From positions 1 through 64,000 of IMG/VR virus record IMGVR_UViG_3300042473_001540: a DNA stretch of 64,000 bases; one strand, 5' to 3'. Positions 29,242 to 38,358 of the stretch are shown in pieces. The notes under the pieces were generated by a model. It was given only the letters and a program-made list of their open reading frames with translations. It made no database searches and was not told where the DNA came from. The translations under genes were made by a program, and so were the position numbers. The first letter of the stretch is position 1, and each line of letters begins with the position of its first letter.

Positions 29242-29823
29242 ATGCAACAGCTTCAAACCTACAGCAATCTCATTTGGAGTTTTGATGGGGCTATGAGCGA
29301 CAGTCTTTGCAGTCTGTTACAGGACCACATGAGCCTTTTAAAATTCAGTAATCAACCCAGTATTGATGGTCGCATGCCTTGGGAAGACCAAGACGACTTG
29401 CCTTATAACCAAATACAAGACATCACAGTCAAACGTGCTATAGAGGCGTATCGCTTCACCTGTAGTCAGTTGGTATATCAAGTCACAAGGCAATTTGCCT
29501 ACCCCAACTACACTGACTTAGTGCTGTGGCGGCCTGGACGACAAATGCATGAACACAAAGACAATGGTTACACTGACGACAGCAATCTCCGTCCTCGAGT
29601 TTGGTCATCTGTTACCTATCTCAACGACGACTATCAAGGCGGAGTGACGTTTATAAAAAATGAACGTGGTGAATACTATAGCTCAGCACCTCGTAAGGGG
29701 CGGATAGTGATTTTTGCCAGTGATGACCGTTGCACGCATGGTGTCACACCTGTTGAGGGTGGGAACAGATTTACGTTAAGTATTTGGTTCGCAACTGATC
29801 CCTACGCTCTTGAGCGCACTTGA
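29242..29823 (+). CDS. 2OG-Fe(II) oxygenase (prolyl hydroxylase-like)
   Basis: HKD...TYLNDDYQGG...HGV...RFTLSIW. Confidence 0.85.
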   Translation: MQQLQTYSNLIWSFDGAMSDSLCSLLQDHMSLLKFSNQPSIDGRMPWEDQDDLPYNQIQDITVKRAIEAYRFTCSQLVYQVTRQFAYPNYTDLVLWRPGRQMHEHKDNGYTDDSNLRPRVWSSVTYLNDDYQGGVTFIKNERGEYYSSAPRKGRIVIFASDDRCTHGVTPVEGGNRFTLSIWFATDPYALERT

Positions 29824-29832
29824 CTTCAACTC

Positions 29833-30183
29833 ATGCCACTACGAGACGAGGACAAGAAGCTGTGGCAACAGGTGATGCAAGGGGTTAAGCCATTAACCAC
29901 TGCAACTCAAGTCCCCTTGCCTCAGTCTCTCCCAAAAACAAGTTCGTCATACCATAATCCCCTTCACACTTGGGATTTACATGGCATGACCTTGAGCGAA
30001 GCCTATCAAAGAACTATTGAACAAGTGTCAAACAAACATTTTCCCAGTCTAACCTTCATCACTGGCAAAAGTGGATTGATGCAACAGGAATTTTCACATT
30101 GGTTGGAGAAGAATCCAGCTGTGCAGCGTGTGGAAAGTTTGCCAGGTGGTGGGGCCTTCCGGGTGTATCTCAAGAAAAAATAA
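29833..30183 (+). CDS. Smr-domain protein
   Basis: DLHGMT, ITGKSG, GGGAFRVYL. Confidence 0.85.
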   Translation: MPLRDEDKKLWQQVMQGVKPLTTATQVPLPQSLPKTSSSYHNPLHTWDLHGMTLSEAYQRTIEQVSNKHFPSLTFITGKSGLMQQEFSHWLEKNPAVQRVESLPGGGAFRVYLKKK

Positions 30184-30257
30184 GCAGGTATGGTGTAATA
30201 GGAACTCAGTGCGTTGCCAACGCACAGTCGCCGGAGCGTTACCGGCTACCTGCTCCA
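30184..30257 (+). tRNA. tRNA-Gly(GCC), atypical T loop
   Basis: GTGCG-TTGCCAA-CGCAC; U73; CCA. Confidence 0.8.
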
Positions 30258-30305
30258 AACTTCCTTCTGTAAATATCCCAAACTGTTTACAGAAAGGACA
30301 AAAAA

Positions 30306-30698
30306 ATGGAAATAGTTGTAACGCGTCAACCCTCAGCCAATGGCTGCACAATTGGCACCATGAACATTGACGGAGCATTTGAATGCTACACTCTAGAGGA
30401 TGTGGTTCGTCCCAACGGAGAAAAAGTCTATGGCCAAACTGCTATCCCTGAGGGTCGCTATCAAATCAAGCTGACCATGAGCAACAGATTCAAGATTGTG
30501 TTGCCACTGTTGGAAAACGTACCAAACTTTGAGGGTGTGAGAATACATCCAGGCAACACAGCAGCTGACACTGATGGATGCATATTGGTGGGTCAAACCA
30601 AAACTAGCAACAGCATTGGATCAAGCCGAGTGGCTTTTGACAAGTTGTTTTCACGATTGCAGGCCCACAAGGGAGAAATTTGGCTCACTGTAAAATAA
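30306..30698 (+). CDS. DUF5675-family protein
   Basis: CYTLED, TAIPEGRY, IHPGNT..DTDGCILVG. Confidence 0.75.
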   Translation: MEIVVTRQPSANGCTIGTMNIDGAFECYTLEDVVRPNGEKVYGQTAIPEGRYQIKLTMSNRFKIVLPLLENVPNFEGVRIHPGNTAADTDGCILVGQTKTSNSIGSSRVAFDKLFSRLQAHKGEIWLTVK

Positions 30699-30763
30699 GT
30701 TGGTTGCACGACTCCTTTTGTTTGTTTAGACTTCAACTCTGAACTTACAAAAGGAGAAGTTTT

Positions 30764-31390
30764 TTGTTCAATTTACAAGCTATTGATCGAAGTTTGTTGT
30801 GGAAGCTGGTGTGTTTCCACACATTTGTAATTGCTCTCAGCAATTATCTAGTGACAATCAAATTTTCAATGTTTGGATTGCCGCTAACCTGGGCTGCATT
30901 TACTTTCCCACTTATTGTGGTGGCAACTGACTTAACTGTGCGGTTGGTTAACAAAGAAAATGCACGAGCTATTGTTAGTGCAGCTTTTGTGCCAGCAATT
31001 ATTGCCAGCATTGCTGTTGTGTATCTCAGCGGTGCTCCCTCAAGTGTGGCTTGGCGTATTGGCCTTGCATCTGGTGTTGCTTACCTCTTCAGTAACCTTA
31101 TGGACGTGTTTGTGTTTCAAAAGGTGAGAGAGCGACTTCAAATGTGGTTTTGGGCACCTGCCATCTCAGCTGTGTTTGCCAACATTGTAGACACCTTTGT
31201 GTTCTTTGCTGTAGCCTTTTACAACAGTGCTAACGCCTATATGGCAGCCAACTGGCACATTCTTGCATTGAATCAAACTGGAGCCAAGGTGCTGGTATCA
31301 GCAGCAGTGATTCTGCCCATTTATGGTGTGCTGTTGGCTTGGTTGCAAACCCGAGTTGAACGAGACATTATGGGGCCAACAGGCTCATAA
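30764..31390 (+). CDS. yhhQ: Queuosine precursor transporter (VUT family)
   Basis: SNYLV, TWAAFTFP..ATDLTVRL, DTFVFFAVAF; multi-TM. Confidence 0.8.
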   Translation: MFNLQAIDRSLLWKLVCFHTFVIALSNYLVTIKFSMFGLPLTWAAFTFPLIVVATDLTVRLVNKENARAIVSAAFVPAIIASIAVVYLSGAPSSVAWRIGLASGVAYLFSNLMDVFVFQKVRERLQMWFWAPAISAVFANIVDTFVFFAVAFYNSANAYMAANWHILALNQTGAKVLVSAAVILPIYGVLLAWLQTRVERDIMGPTGS

Positions 31391-31398
31391 AAGGTTTT

Positions 31399-31472
31399 CG
31401 TCCTGTAGCTCAACTGAATAGAGCATTTGAATCCTAGTCAAAAGGTTGCGAGTTTGAATCTCGCCAGGACGT
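31399..31472 (+). tRNA. tRNA-Arg(CCT)
   Basis: TTTGA-ATCCTAG-TCAAA; Arg-type D loop. Confidence 0.75.
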
Positions 31473-31537
31473 TGACACAAACGGAAACTGTGTAATAATA
31501 GTATAGATATCCATTGCAGGAAGGAATTTAAATACCT

Positions 31538-31730
31538 TTGATGCACAGACGCCAGTAACCTGCGTTTGTGAGGGCAAGCTGGGATTTTGAGCTTGTCCTG
31601 TGAGAGTGATCAAATTGTTCTCTCTCCAAAATCAAAATCGAGATTGACAAAAATGTCAACTTCGTATTTTGGCGTGAAAGTCTTGTGCTTTCATGCAAAA
31701 GTTGTCTCTGTCATTTTGACTGCGGCAATC
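31538..31730 (+). ncRNA. Hairpin-chain leader upstream of cell-wall hydrolase
   Basis: About six back-to-back stem-loops with G-U pairs. Confidence 0.4.
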
Positions 31731-31752
31731 CAAGAAAAGAAGGAGCATTGCT

Positions 31753-32301
31753 TTGAAAACTATCTTATGGCTAGCCTTTGCAGGGCTGCTGTTGATCATC
31801 AAGCCAGTAACCGCACAAACATACGGTTTCAACAGTTATACAGCACAACTTACAAGTGTTCAGCCTTTGACAGCTGATCCCAATAGTGTCAAGGAAATCA
31901 TTTGCATGAGCCTCAACATTTACCATGAGGCCCGGGGCACAAGCCTTGCCAATCAAATTGGCGTTGCACATGTAACCAGAAACCGGCACAAACAAAAGAA
32001 AATGAGCATTTGTGACGTAGTGTTTGAAAGAAAAGGGGCGTCAGCTCAATTTTCCTGGAGCAACAAACCAGGTGCCAAACAAAAGCGTCTTGAGATTGAA
32101 AGTTGGGACCGGGCACAAGAAATTGCCTACAGCGTTCTCTACACCAAAACTCACGACATCACAAAAGGTGCAACGTATTTTCACGAAAAAACCATACGTC
32201 CTGTTTGGGCTTCACGAGCTCGGGAAAAAACAGCCATTGGTGCACATGTTTTTATTCGACTGGAAGAAGTTGCTGAGGCTCGGCCAGTAACGTTGCCGTA
32301 A
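31753..32301 (+). CDS. SleB-like cell wall hydrolase
   Basis: CMSLNIYHEARG, QFSW, GATYFH, IGAHVF; signal peptide. Confidence 0.85.
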   Translation: MKTILWLAFAGLLLIIKPVTAQTYGFNSYTAQLTSVQPLTADPNSVKEIICMSLNIYHEARGTSLANQIGVAHVTRNRHKQKKMSICDVVFERKGASAQFSWSNKPGAKQKRLEIESWDRAQEIAYSVLYTKTHDITKGATYFHEKTIRPVWASRAREKTAIGAHVFIRLEEVAEARPVTLP

Positions 32302-32316
32302 GCAACGCTACTGGTC

Positions 32317-32922
32317 TTACCATCTTGCATTATCCTCAAATCCAGCATCTTCTAGTTCTTTTTGACAATCAAACATGGCACGTTTGCCTTGTCCTGCGTA
32401 TTTGTTCAAGATTGTTTCAACAGTCGTGTGATTCATTGCTGACCGCAACGAGATACTTTTGGCTGCCAAACAACGGAGCAGTGGAAGAGTAGGCGTGTAA
32501 GGTATAGCCAAGTAATTGAGCTCTGAAGGCATACCTTGGAGTGAGGTTAATGGGTTGAGGTGACAACTAAAAAGATCACCAACACTGCTGGGAGCACCTT
32601 CCAGTGAAGTCAGTTGGTTGTTGAAGCATACGAAACTTCCAACCACATTCTTGGGTGCAGCTTTAAGTGAAATAAGTTGGTTACTTGAGCCTAAGAAACT
32701 TCCACCAACACTCTCTGGCGCCCCGTCCAGTGTGGTTAGTTGGTTGTAATCGCACTGGAAGTGTCCAAGAACACTCTTGAAACGCACAGGGAACTGGGGT
32801 AATTGTCTTTTAAGTATAACATTACCCTGGCAAGTGATCAACCCCTCAGGATCTATTGTGACTTGGCCTGTTGTTTTGAAATTAGCTTTCAACAAAGCCA
32901 TTACTTCTTTTTTGTCTACCAT
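32317..32922 (-). CDS. LRR-like cassette protein 9
   Basis: LRR-like repeats plus conserved C-terminal block. Confidence 0.85.
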   Translation of the reverse strand: MVDKKEVMALLKANFKTTGQVTIDPEGLITCQGNVILKRQLPQFPVRFKSVLGHFQCDYNQLTTLDGAPESVGGSFLGSSNQLISLKAAPKNVVGSFVCFNNQLTSLEGAPSSVGDLFSCHLNPLTSLQGMPSELNYLAIPYTPTLPLLRCLAAKSISLRSAMNHTTVETILNKYAGQGKRAMFDCQKELEDAGFEDNARW

Positions 32923-33668
32923 CTTGCATTCCCTTCAAATCCAGCATCTTCCAGTTCTTTTTGGCAGTCAAACATGGCACGTTTGCCTTGACCCATATAC
33001 TTTTGCAGAATAGCCCGCACCTCGTGTGGCCATCCCATACCCGACCACAGTTTTTTAGCATTTAAACAACGCAAGAGCGGCAGAGTGGGGCTGTAGTCAA
33101 TCCATAAAACCCTTACTTCAGTAGGCATTCCTTCAAGTGACTCTAGCTGATTACCCCATGCTCTCAACTCGCCAGTGATGGTTTTTGGTGCACCGTGTAG
33201 TGAGACTAGTTTGTTTTCCATGCAAAACAAATCATGCACTTTCTCAGGAACATGTTCCAGTGATGAGAGTTGATTTGTCATACAAGAGAAATTGGCACCA
33301 ACTGATTTGGGACAGTGTTCAAGGCTTTCTATGTTGTTATTATCGCATTTGAAATCTCCGCCCACATGTTGAGGCGAACCCAACAAACTGGTGAGTTGGT
33401 TGTGGCCACACTTGAAATCTCTACCTACCCAAGAGGGTGCGCCTTCTAGACTCACCAGATCGGTATGCTGTACAGCAAAATCGTAGCGTATTTTTCCAAA
33501 CCTTACCCGCAAGGTTTTTATACCTGGCTTACCATCAAGGTAAGATTTCTCCTTGCTCTTGACACTGCCTGTGCAGGATATCAATCCTGTGTTGGGATCA
33601 ACAGAGAGTTTACCTGTGTGAGAGTAATATTTGTCAAAAGTTTTTTTGATCCCGGCTAGATCTACCAT
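32916..33668 (-). CDS. LRR-like cassette protein 8
   Basis: Same; 7-nt ATGGTAG start/stop overlap. Confidence 0.85.
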   Translation of the reverse strand: MVDLAGIKKTFDKYYSHTGKLSVDPNTGLISCTGSVKSKEKSYLDGKPGIKTLRVRFGKIRYDFAVQHTDLVSLEGAPSWVGRDFKCGHNQLTSLLGSPQHVGGDFKCDNNNIESLEHCPKSVGANFSCMTNQLSSLEHVPEKVHDLFCMENKLVSLHGAPKTITGELRAWGNQLESLEGMPTEVRVLWIDYSPTLPLLRCLNAKKLWSGMGWPHEVRAILQKYMGQGKRAMFDCQKELEDAGFEGNARW

Positions 33669-34279
33669 CGTGCATTTCCTTCAAATCCAGAGTCTTCCAA
33701 ATCTTTTTGGCAGTCAAACATGGCAGCTTTGCCTTGACCTGCATATTTGTTCATGATTTCTTGAACCTTCTGGGGTGGCTCCGATTCATCAACCCTATGC
33801 ATGAATACAATTTTTTTGGCAACCAATGCACGTAGCAAAGGCAAAGTGGGCGAATATTGTAACACTAGTCGCCCTAAACCTTCTTGCGGTATGCCTTCAA
33901 GACTTTCAAGTGGATTGCCCACACAACTCAAAGATCCAAGAACTTTTTTGGGTGCACCTTGCAAGCTCTTGAGCTGGTTGAACCCACATAAGTAGTGTTC
34001 GCCAACAGCATCAGGACCGCCTTCAAGAGTTTGTAAATTGTTCTCAGTACAACGAAATTCATTGTAGACATATTTGGGAGATCCTTGAAGGCTTGTGAGC
34101 CCCATGCCCCCCACATCAAATCCTTCCACTTCATAAAAGCCAACTGGCAACTTCTTAACATGCAACATAAGCGTTACGTAACCTTTTGTGCTTATTGTTC
34201 CATCAGAATTGATTACAATGCTTTCATTACATTGAAAATAATCATCAAAAGTTTTTTTGATGTTATCAACGTCTACCAT
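33662..34279 (-). CDS. LRR-like cassette protein 7
   Basis: Same. Confidence 0.85.
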   Translation of the reverse strand: MVDVDNIKKTFDDYFQCNESIVINSDGTISTKGYVTLMLHVKKLPVGFYEVEGFDVGGMGLTSLQGSPKYVYNEFRCTENNLQTLEGGPDAVGEHYLCGFNQLKSLQGAPKKVLGSLSCVGNPLESLEGIPQEGLGRLVLQYSPTLPLLRALVAKKIVFMHRVDESEPPQKVQEIMNKYAGQGKAAMFDCQKDLEDSGFEGNARW

Positions 34280-34911
34280 TTTGCATGATCCTCAAATCCA
34301 GCGTCTTCCAAATCTTTTTGGCAATCAAACATGGCACGTTTGCCTTGGCCAGCATATTTGTTCAAAATTGTCTGCACTTTTCCCTTCTCCACAGTGTGAG
34401 TGTCGTCAGCAGGCTCTAAAAATATATGCCTTGCTGCCAAGGTACGTAAGAGAGGCAAATGTGGTAGATACGGTAACCAAGCTGCATTTTCCACTTTCAA
34501 CGGAAATCCATCCAAGCTTTTCAACGGATTACCAATGCAATTGAAATTATTGGGTATCTGGACAGGTGCCCCCTTCAAATCAACAAGTTGATTATGGTCA
34601 CAGTAGTAGTTCCAACCTACAATTTCTGGCCCCCCACTAAGGCTTTTGAGCATGTTACGTGAACAGTCAAAACTCACGCCCACTTCAGGGGGACAGCCTT
34701 CCAAGGTTACTAGTGCGTTCTCATCTAACGATAGATTTTCAGTTACAGCTTTGAAGGCAACTGGCAGTTTTTCAAAACGTGTATAGTGGAGATTCAACAA
34801 TTGAATATCGCCATTTACTGTTACCAGTCCATCTGATGAAACTTTTGCACTGTTGTAGTCAAAGCTGAAATGGTCTTTCAATAACTGCAAGATTTCTCGT
34901 TTGTTTACCAT
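34273..34911 (-). CDS. LRR-like cassette protein 6
   Basis: Same. Confidence 0.85.
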   Translation of the reverse strand: MVNKREILQLLKDHFSFDYNSAKVSSDGLVTVNGDIQLLNLHYTRFEKLPVAFKAVTENLSLDENALVTLEGCPPEVGVSFDCSRNMLKSLSGGPEIVGWNYYCDHNQLVDLKGAPVQIPNNFNCIGNPLKSLDGFPLKVENAAWLPYLPHLPLLRTLAARHIFLEPADDTHTVEKGKVQTILNKYAGQGKRAMFDCQKDLEDAGFEDHAKW

Positions 34912-35564
34912 CTGGCGTTGTCCTCAAATCCGGCATCTTCCAATTCTTTTTGACAATCAAACATAACACGTTTTCCTTGCCCCAAATATTTTTCCAAAAT
35001 GTATAACACCTTCCAGGCATCGCTGCCCTCGCTTTGATACGGCCAAAAAATAATCTCTGGTGCCACCAATGTGCGCAACAAAGGCAGCTGAGTATCATAA
35101 GTGATATACAAACTATCTCCAATTTTTTGAGGAAAGCCCTGCAAGCTCTCTAGAGGATTGGCTGAACAATTGAACACACTGGGGATTTCTCTAGGTGCCC
35201 CTTCCAAATCCTTCAATTGATTTTTACTGCAATTATAACTGCCGCCAAATGTGGGTGTTTGTGTCGTGCCTATTGTTTTGGGTCCAAACTTCAAACTTTT
35301 GAGTTCATTATTGTCACACTCAAAATTCTTACCAACAGTTTCTGGACAACCCTCTAGTGTCTTGAGTTGGTTGATGCTGAGCATCATACTGCCTTCAATG
35401 TGAGAAAATTTCACCGGTAGTTCTTGAAAAGAACTGTGAAATTTGTTGTATAACACAACGTCTCCCATGACACTGACTTTGCCAGCTGGATCAACAATGG
35501 GGTCCCCATCTACCATGAAATGTTGAGTTAGCGTGTTCAACACATGCTGTTTGACGTCTACCAT
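34905..35564 (-). CDS. LRR-like cassette protein 5
   Basis: Same. Confidence 0.85.
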   Translation of the reverse strand: MVDVKQHVLNTLTQHFMVDGDPIVDPAGKVSVMGDVVLYNKFHSSFQELPVKFSHIEGSMMLSINQLKTLEGCPETVGKNFECDNNELKSLKFGPKTIGTTQTPTFGGSYNCSKNQLKDLEGAPREIPSVFNCSANPLESLQGFPQKIGDSLYITYDTQLPLLRTLVAPEIIFWPYQSEGSDAWKVLYILEKYLGQGKRVMFDCQKELEDAGFEDNARW

Positions 35565-36163
35565 CTTGCATTTCCTTCAAAGCCCGCATCTTCCAGTTCT
35601 TTTTGGCAATCAAACAGGGCACGTTTGCCTTGTCCTGCGTATTTGTAAAATATTCCTTCAATTGTTAGAAGTTTGCTTTGCATAACATTGTGGGCATACA
35701 GCATTAGGCCCTGTTGGCAGTTCAAAGCTCGAAGCAAGGGCAATTTATTGTGATAATTTATGCTCAAGTGTTGGCCTACTCGTTGGGGAAACCCAGCAAG
35801 ACTCAACACTGGAACCTCTTGTCTAAATCCCACACGACCTGAAACCTCAAGGGGCCCACCTGTCATGTCTTTCAAAGGATTTTTGTTGGCAGTGAATCTG
35901 CCTCCCACAATCTGCGGACAACCTTCAAGACTGGAGAGTCCACATCTGTCTAAAATCAAACTGGCATGGCAAACGCCAAATTTTACAGGCAGTTTTCCAT
36001 TGGGAAACGGTCCTTGTATGGCCAAGAGCACACCATATCCTGGTGTGATCTCCTGCACATTTACTATACCACTATCTTCAATTTGAAAGCGCACCCGGTT
36101 GTCTGCCTCACCATTACGAAAATAAGTGTTCAACATGTGCTGAACTTCTTGTTTGTCTACCAT
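35558..36163 (-). CDS. LRR-like cassette protein 4
   Basis: Same. Confidence 0.85.
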   Translation of the reverse strand: MVDKQEVQHMLNTYFRNGEADNRVRFQIEDSGIVNVQEITPGYGVLLAIQGPFPNGKLPVKFGVCHASLILDRCGLSSLEGCPQIVGGRFTANKNPLKDMTGGPLEVSGRVGFRQEVPVLSLAGFPQRVGQHLSINYHNKLPLLRALNCQQGLMLYAHNVMQSKLLTIEGIFYKYAGQGKRALFDCQKELEDAGFEGNARW

Positions 36164-36756
36164 CTTGCATTTCCTTCAAATCCAGCATCCTCTAGATCTT
36201 TTTGACATTCAAACAGGGCACGCTTGCCCTGTCCTTTGTATTTTTCAATTATTTCTTCAATGGGATTAGTGTTAAAGGATGATGAGCTCAATATTACACC
36301 ATCTTGGCAAGCTAACGTGCGCAGCAGCGGCAACTTGTCATGGTAAGGCAGTTTAGCATAGTCACCCACCCTATCAGGAAAACCATCCAAACTCTCTAAT
36401 AGGTTTTTCTGCATCCCAAGCCAAAACCTACCTGTGACTTCTTTGGGCCCACCCTTGAAATTTTTCAATTGATTGCCAAGTGCAACAAAATTGCCTTGGA
36501 TTACAGGGGGACAACCAACCAAGTCCACGATTTGATTCCGGTCCAATTTTAAGCTGGCTTTGAACAAGCCAAATCTCACAGGCAACTGACCTCCAGGGAA
36601 GGGTTTGTCCTTAATAGTGCGGAGATGGCCGCGACCAGGAGTCAGCTCAAGCACATTAACCAAGCCCTCAGGACCTATGTCAAATTTCACAGCGTCATTT
36701 GGCTCAAAGAAAAAATACTCTGCCAACAGTTCCAAAATTTCCCTTTTGTCTACCAT
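36157..36756 (-). CDS. LRR-like cassette protein 3
   Basis: Same. Confidence 0.85.
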   Translation of the reverse strand: MVDKREILELLAEYFFFEPNDAVKFDIGPEGLVNVLELTPGRGHLRTIKDKPFPGGQLPVRFGLFKASLKLDRNQIVDLVGCPPVIQGNFVALGNQLKNFKGGPKEVTGRFWLGMQKNLLESLDGFPDRVGDYAKLPYHDKLPLLRTLACQDGVILSSSSFNTNPIEEIIEKYKGQGKRALFECQKDLEDAGFEGNARW

Positions 36757-37571
36757 TTGGCGTTCCTTTCAAATCCTGCGTCTTCCAATTCTTTTTGACA
36801 GTCAAACAGGGCTCGTTTGCCCTGGCCTGCGTATTTTTTCAAGATGGTTTCCACTTGAATATACTTGCCCCACAGCACAGGCCAAAAATTGACCTTCTGG
36901 GCTACCAAAAGCCGTAACAAGGGCAAATCGGATTTGTAACTGACTTCAATCAAATCAGGAGTTTGGGAGCCTAACCCCTCAAGATTTTCCAAGGGATTGT
37001 GATCAAAAATAAACTGCTTGGAAATATTCAAAGAGGCACCTTTGAGTGTTGTGAGCTTGTTGTTGGTTGCCCAAAAATATTCCACGGTCTGTGGTGCGTC
37101 TTGAAGATCAGTCAAGAGATTTTTACTGACATCAAACATACCACCTATTTGCAGGGGAGCACCTCGCAAACTCACTAAATTGTTGTTGTATGCAATGTAT
37201 TCTTGTGTAAAGTCTCGTGGACTTCCCAACAAATCTGAGAGTTTATTATTCTGGCAAGAATATTGTCCTTTTACTGTTTTTGGGCCACCAACCAAGCTGA
37301 TCAACTGGTTTTCACTGCAATCAAATGTGTCCAAGACAGTGTGAGGACAGCCTTCAAGTGTTTCCAACTTGTTCCTGTGACAGAGAAAATTGCCTTCCAC
37401 CACTCCAAATCTCACAGGCAATCGAGAGGTCTCTTTGCTCAACAAAATTGATCCATGAGCATCTACAACACCTGTATCATGTATAGTGAAAAGGGTACTT
37501 TCCCAACCAAAGTATTCATTCAGTAACTGACGAACAGTTGTTTTGTCTTGTGGGAATTCCTGGTTTACCAT
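36750..37571 (-). CDS. LRR-like cassette protein 2
   Basis: Same; longest member. Confidence 0.85.
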   Translation of the reverse strand: MVNQEFPQDKTTVRQLLNEYFGWESTLFTIHDTGVVDAHGSILLSKETSRLPVRFGVVEGNFLCHRNKLETLEGCPHTVLDTFDCSENQLISLVGGPKTVKGQYSCQNNKLSDLLGSPRDFTQEYIAYNNNLVSLRGAPLQIGGMFDVSKNLLTDLQDAPQTVEYFWATNNKLTTLKGASLNISKQFIFDHNPLENLEGLGSQTPDLIEVSYKSDLPLLRLLVAQKVNFWPVLWGKYIQVETILKKYAGQGKRALFDCQKELEDAGFERNAKW

Positions 37572-38221
37572 CGTGCATTTTCCTCAAAACCCGCATCTTC
37601 CAATTCTTTTTGGCAGTCAAACAAAGCACGTTTGCCTTTGCCTGCATAACTGTTCAAAATTTTATGTAACTGCTGGAATTTTCCTTCGTTTCCTCGCTTA
37701 TATTGCATAGGCACAATAAGGTCCACATGCAAGGCTCCTAATGTTCTCAACAGTGGTATTGTGGGACTATACGTCAATGTTACCCAAGCAATGCTCTTGG
37801 GCAAGTGGTCAAGTGACTCCAGTGGGTTGTCTTGAATCTCCAGATTGTCAGATACTGTGTCCGGCAAACCTTGTAGAGAAGTCAACTTGTTGCTATTGAG
37901 AAGGATACTGCCACTGACCCAATGCGGAAAACTGGTTAACTTTGATAGCAAGTTGAAGCTGGCGTCGAAATCTCCTTCAATCTCAAATGGGCATCCTTCC
38001 AAGGTTCTTAGATTCTTGTTGTTGCAGGTGAAGGTACCATGCACCTTACTGAAACGCAAAGGTAACTGAGATTGAGGCCGCGTTAGGTGTAAGTCACCAG
38101 CCACAACAATCTTACCATCTTGATCAAACATCCAACCAGCTGGATATAAGGCATTGCTCTCTATCTTGAAGTTCTGGCTCAAGATGGTTTTGGTTTGTTC
38201 ATATTCCACATCACTTACCAT
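37565..38221 (-). CDS. LRR-like cassette protein 1
   Basis: Same. Confidence 0.85.
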   Translation of the reverse strand: MVSDVEYEQTKTILSQNFKIESNALYPAGWMFDQDGKIVVAGDLHLTRPQSQLPLRFSKVHGTFTCNNKNLRTLEGCPFEIEGDFDASFNLLSKLTSFPHWVSGSILLNSNKLTSLQGLPDTVSDNLEIQDNPLESLDHLPKSIAWVTLTYSPTIPLLRTLGALHVDLIVPMQYKRGNEGKFQQLHKILNSYAGKGKRALFDCQKELEDAGFEENARW

Positions 38222-38358
38222 CTTGCATGCAGTCCTACGCCAGAGTCTTCCAACTCTTTTTGGCAGGCAAACAAAGCACGTTTGCCACTCTCTGAATCAA
38301 CATTGTAGGTGCCAAAAACATTGAACCAGCTCTCAAAATCTTCAATGGGCTGAGGCAT
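38215..38358 (-). CDS. 47-aa mini cassette made mostly of the conserved C-terminal block
   Basis: MPQPIEDFESWFNVFGTYNVDSESGKRALFACQKELEDSGVGLHARW*; coupled at both ends. Confidence 0.65.
   Translation of the reverse strand: MPQPIEDFESWFNVFGTYNVDSESGKRALFACQKELEDSGVGLHARW

Noticed and set aside
32317-38358. CRISPR array, integron or diversity-generating retroelement
   Set aside because: Repeats are coding, degenerate and about 600-800 nt apart; no cas, integrase, attC-like palindromes, reverse transcriptase or adenine-specific template/variable pair seen in the window.
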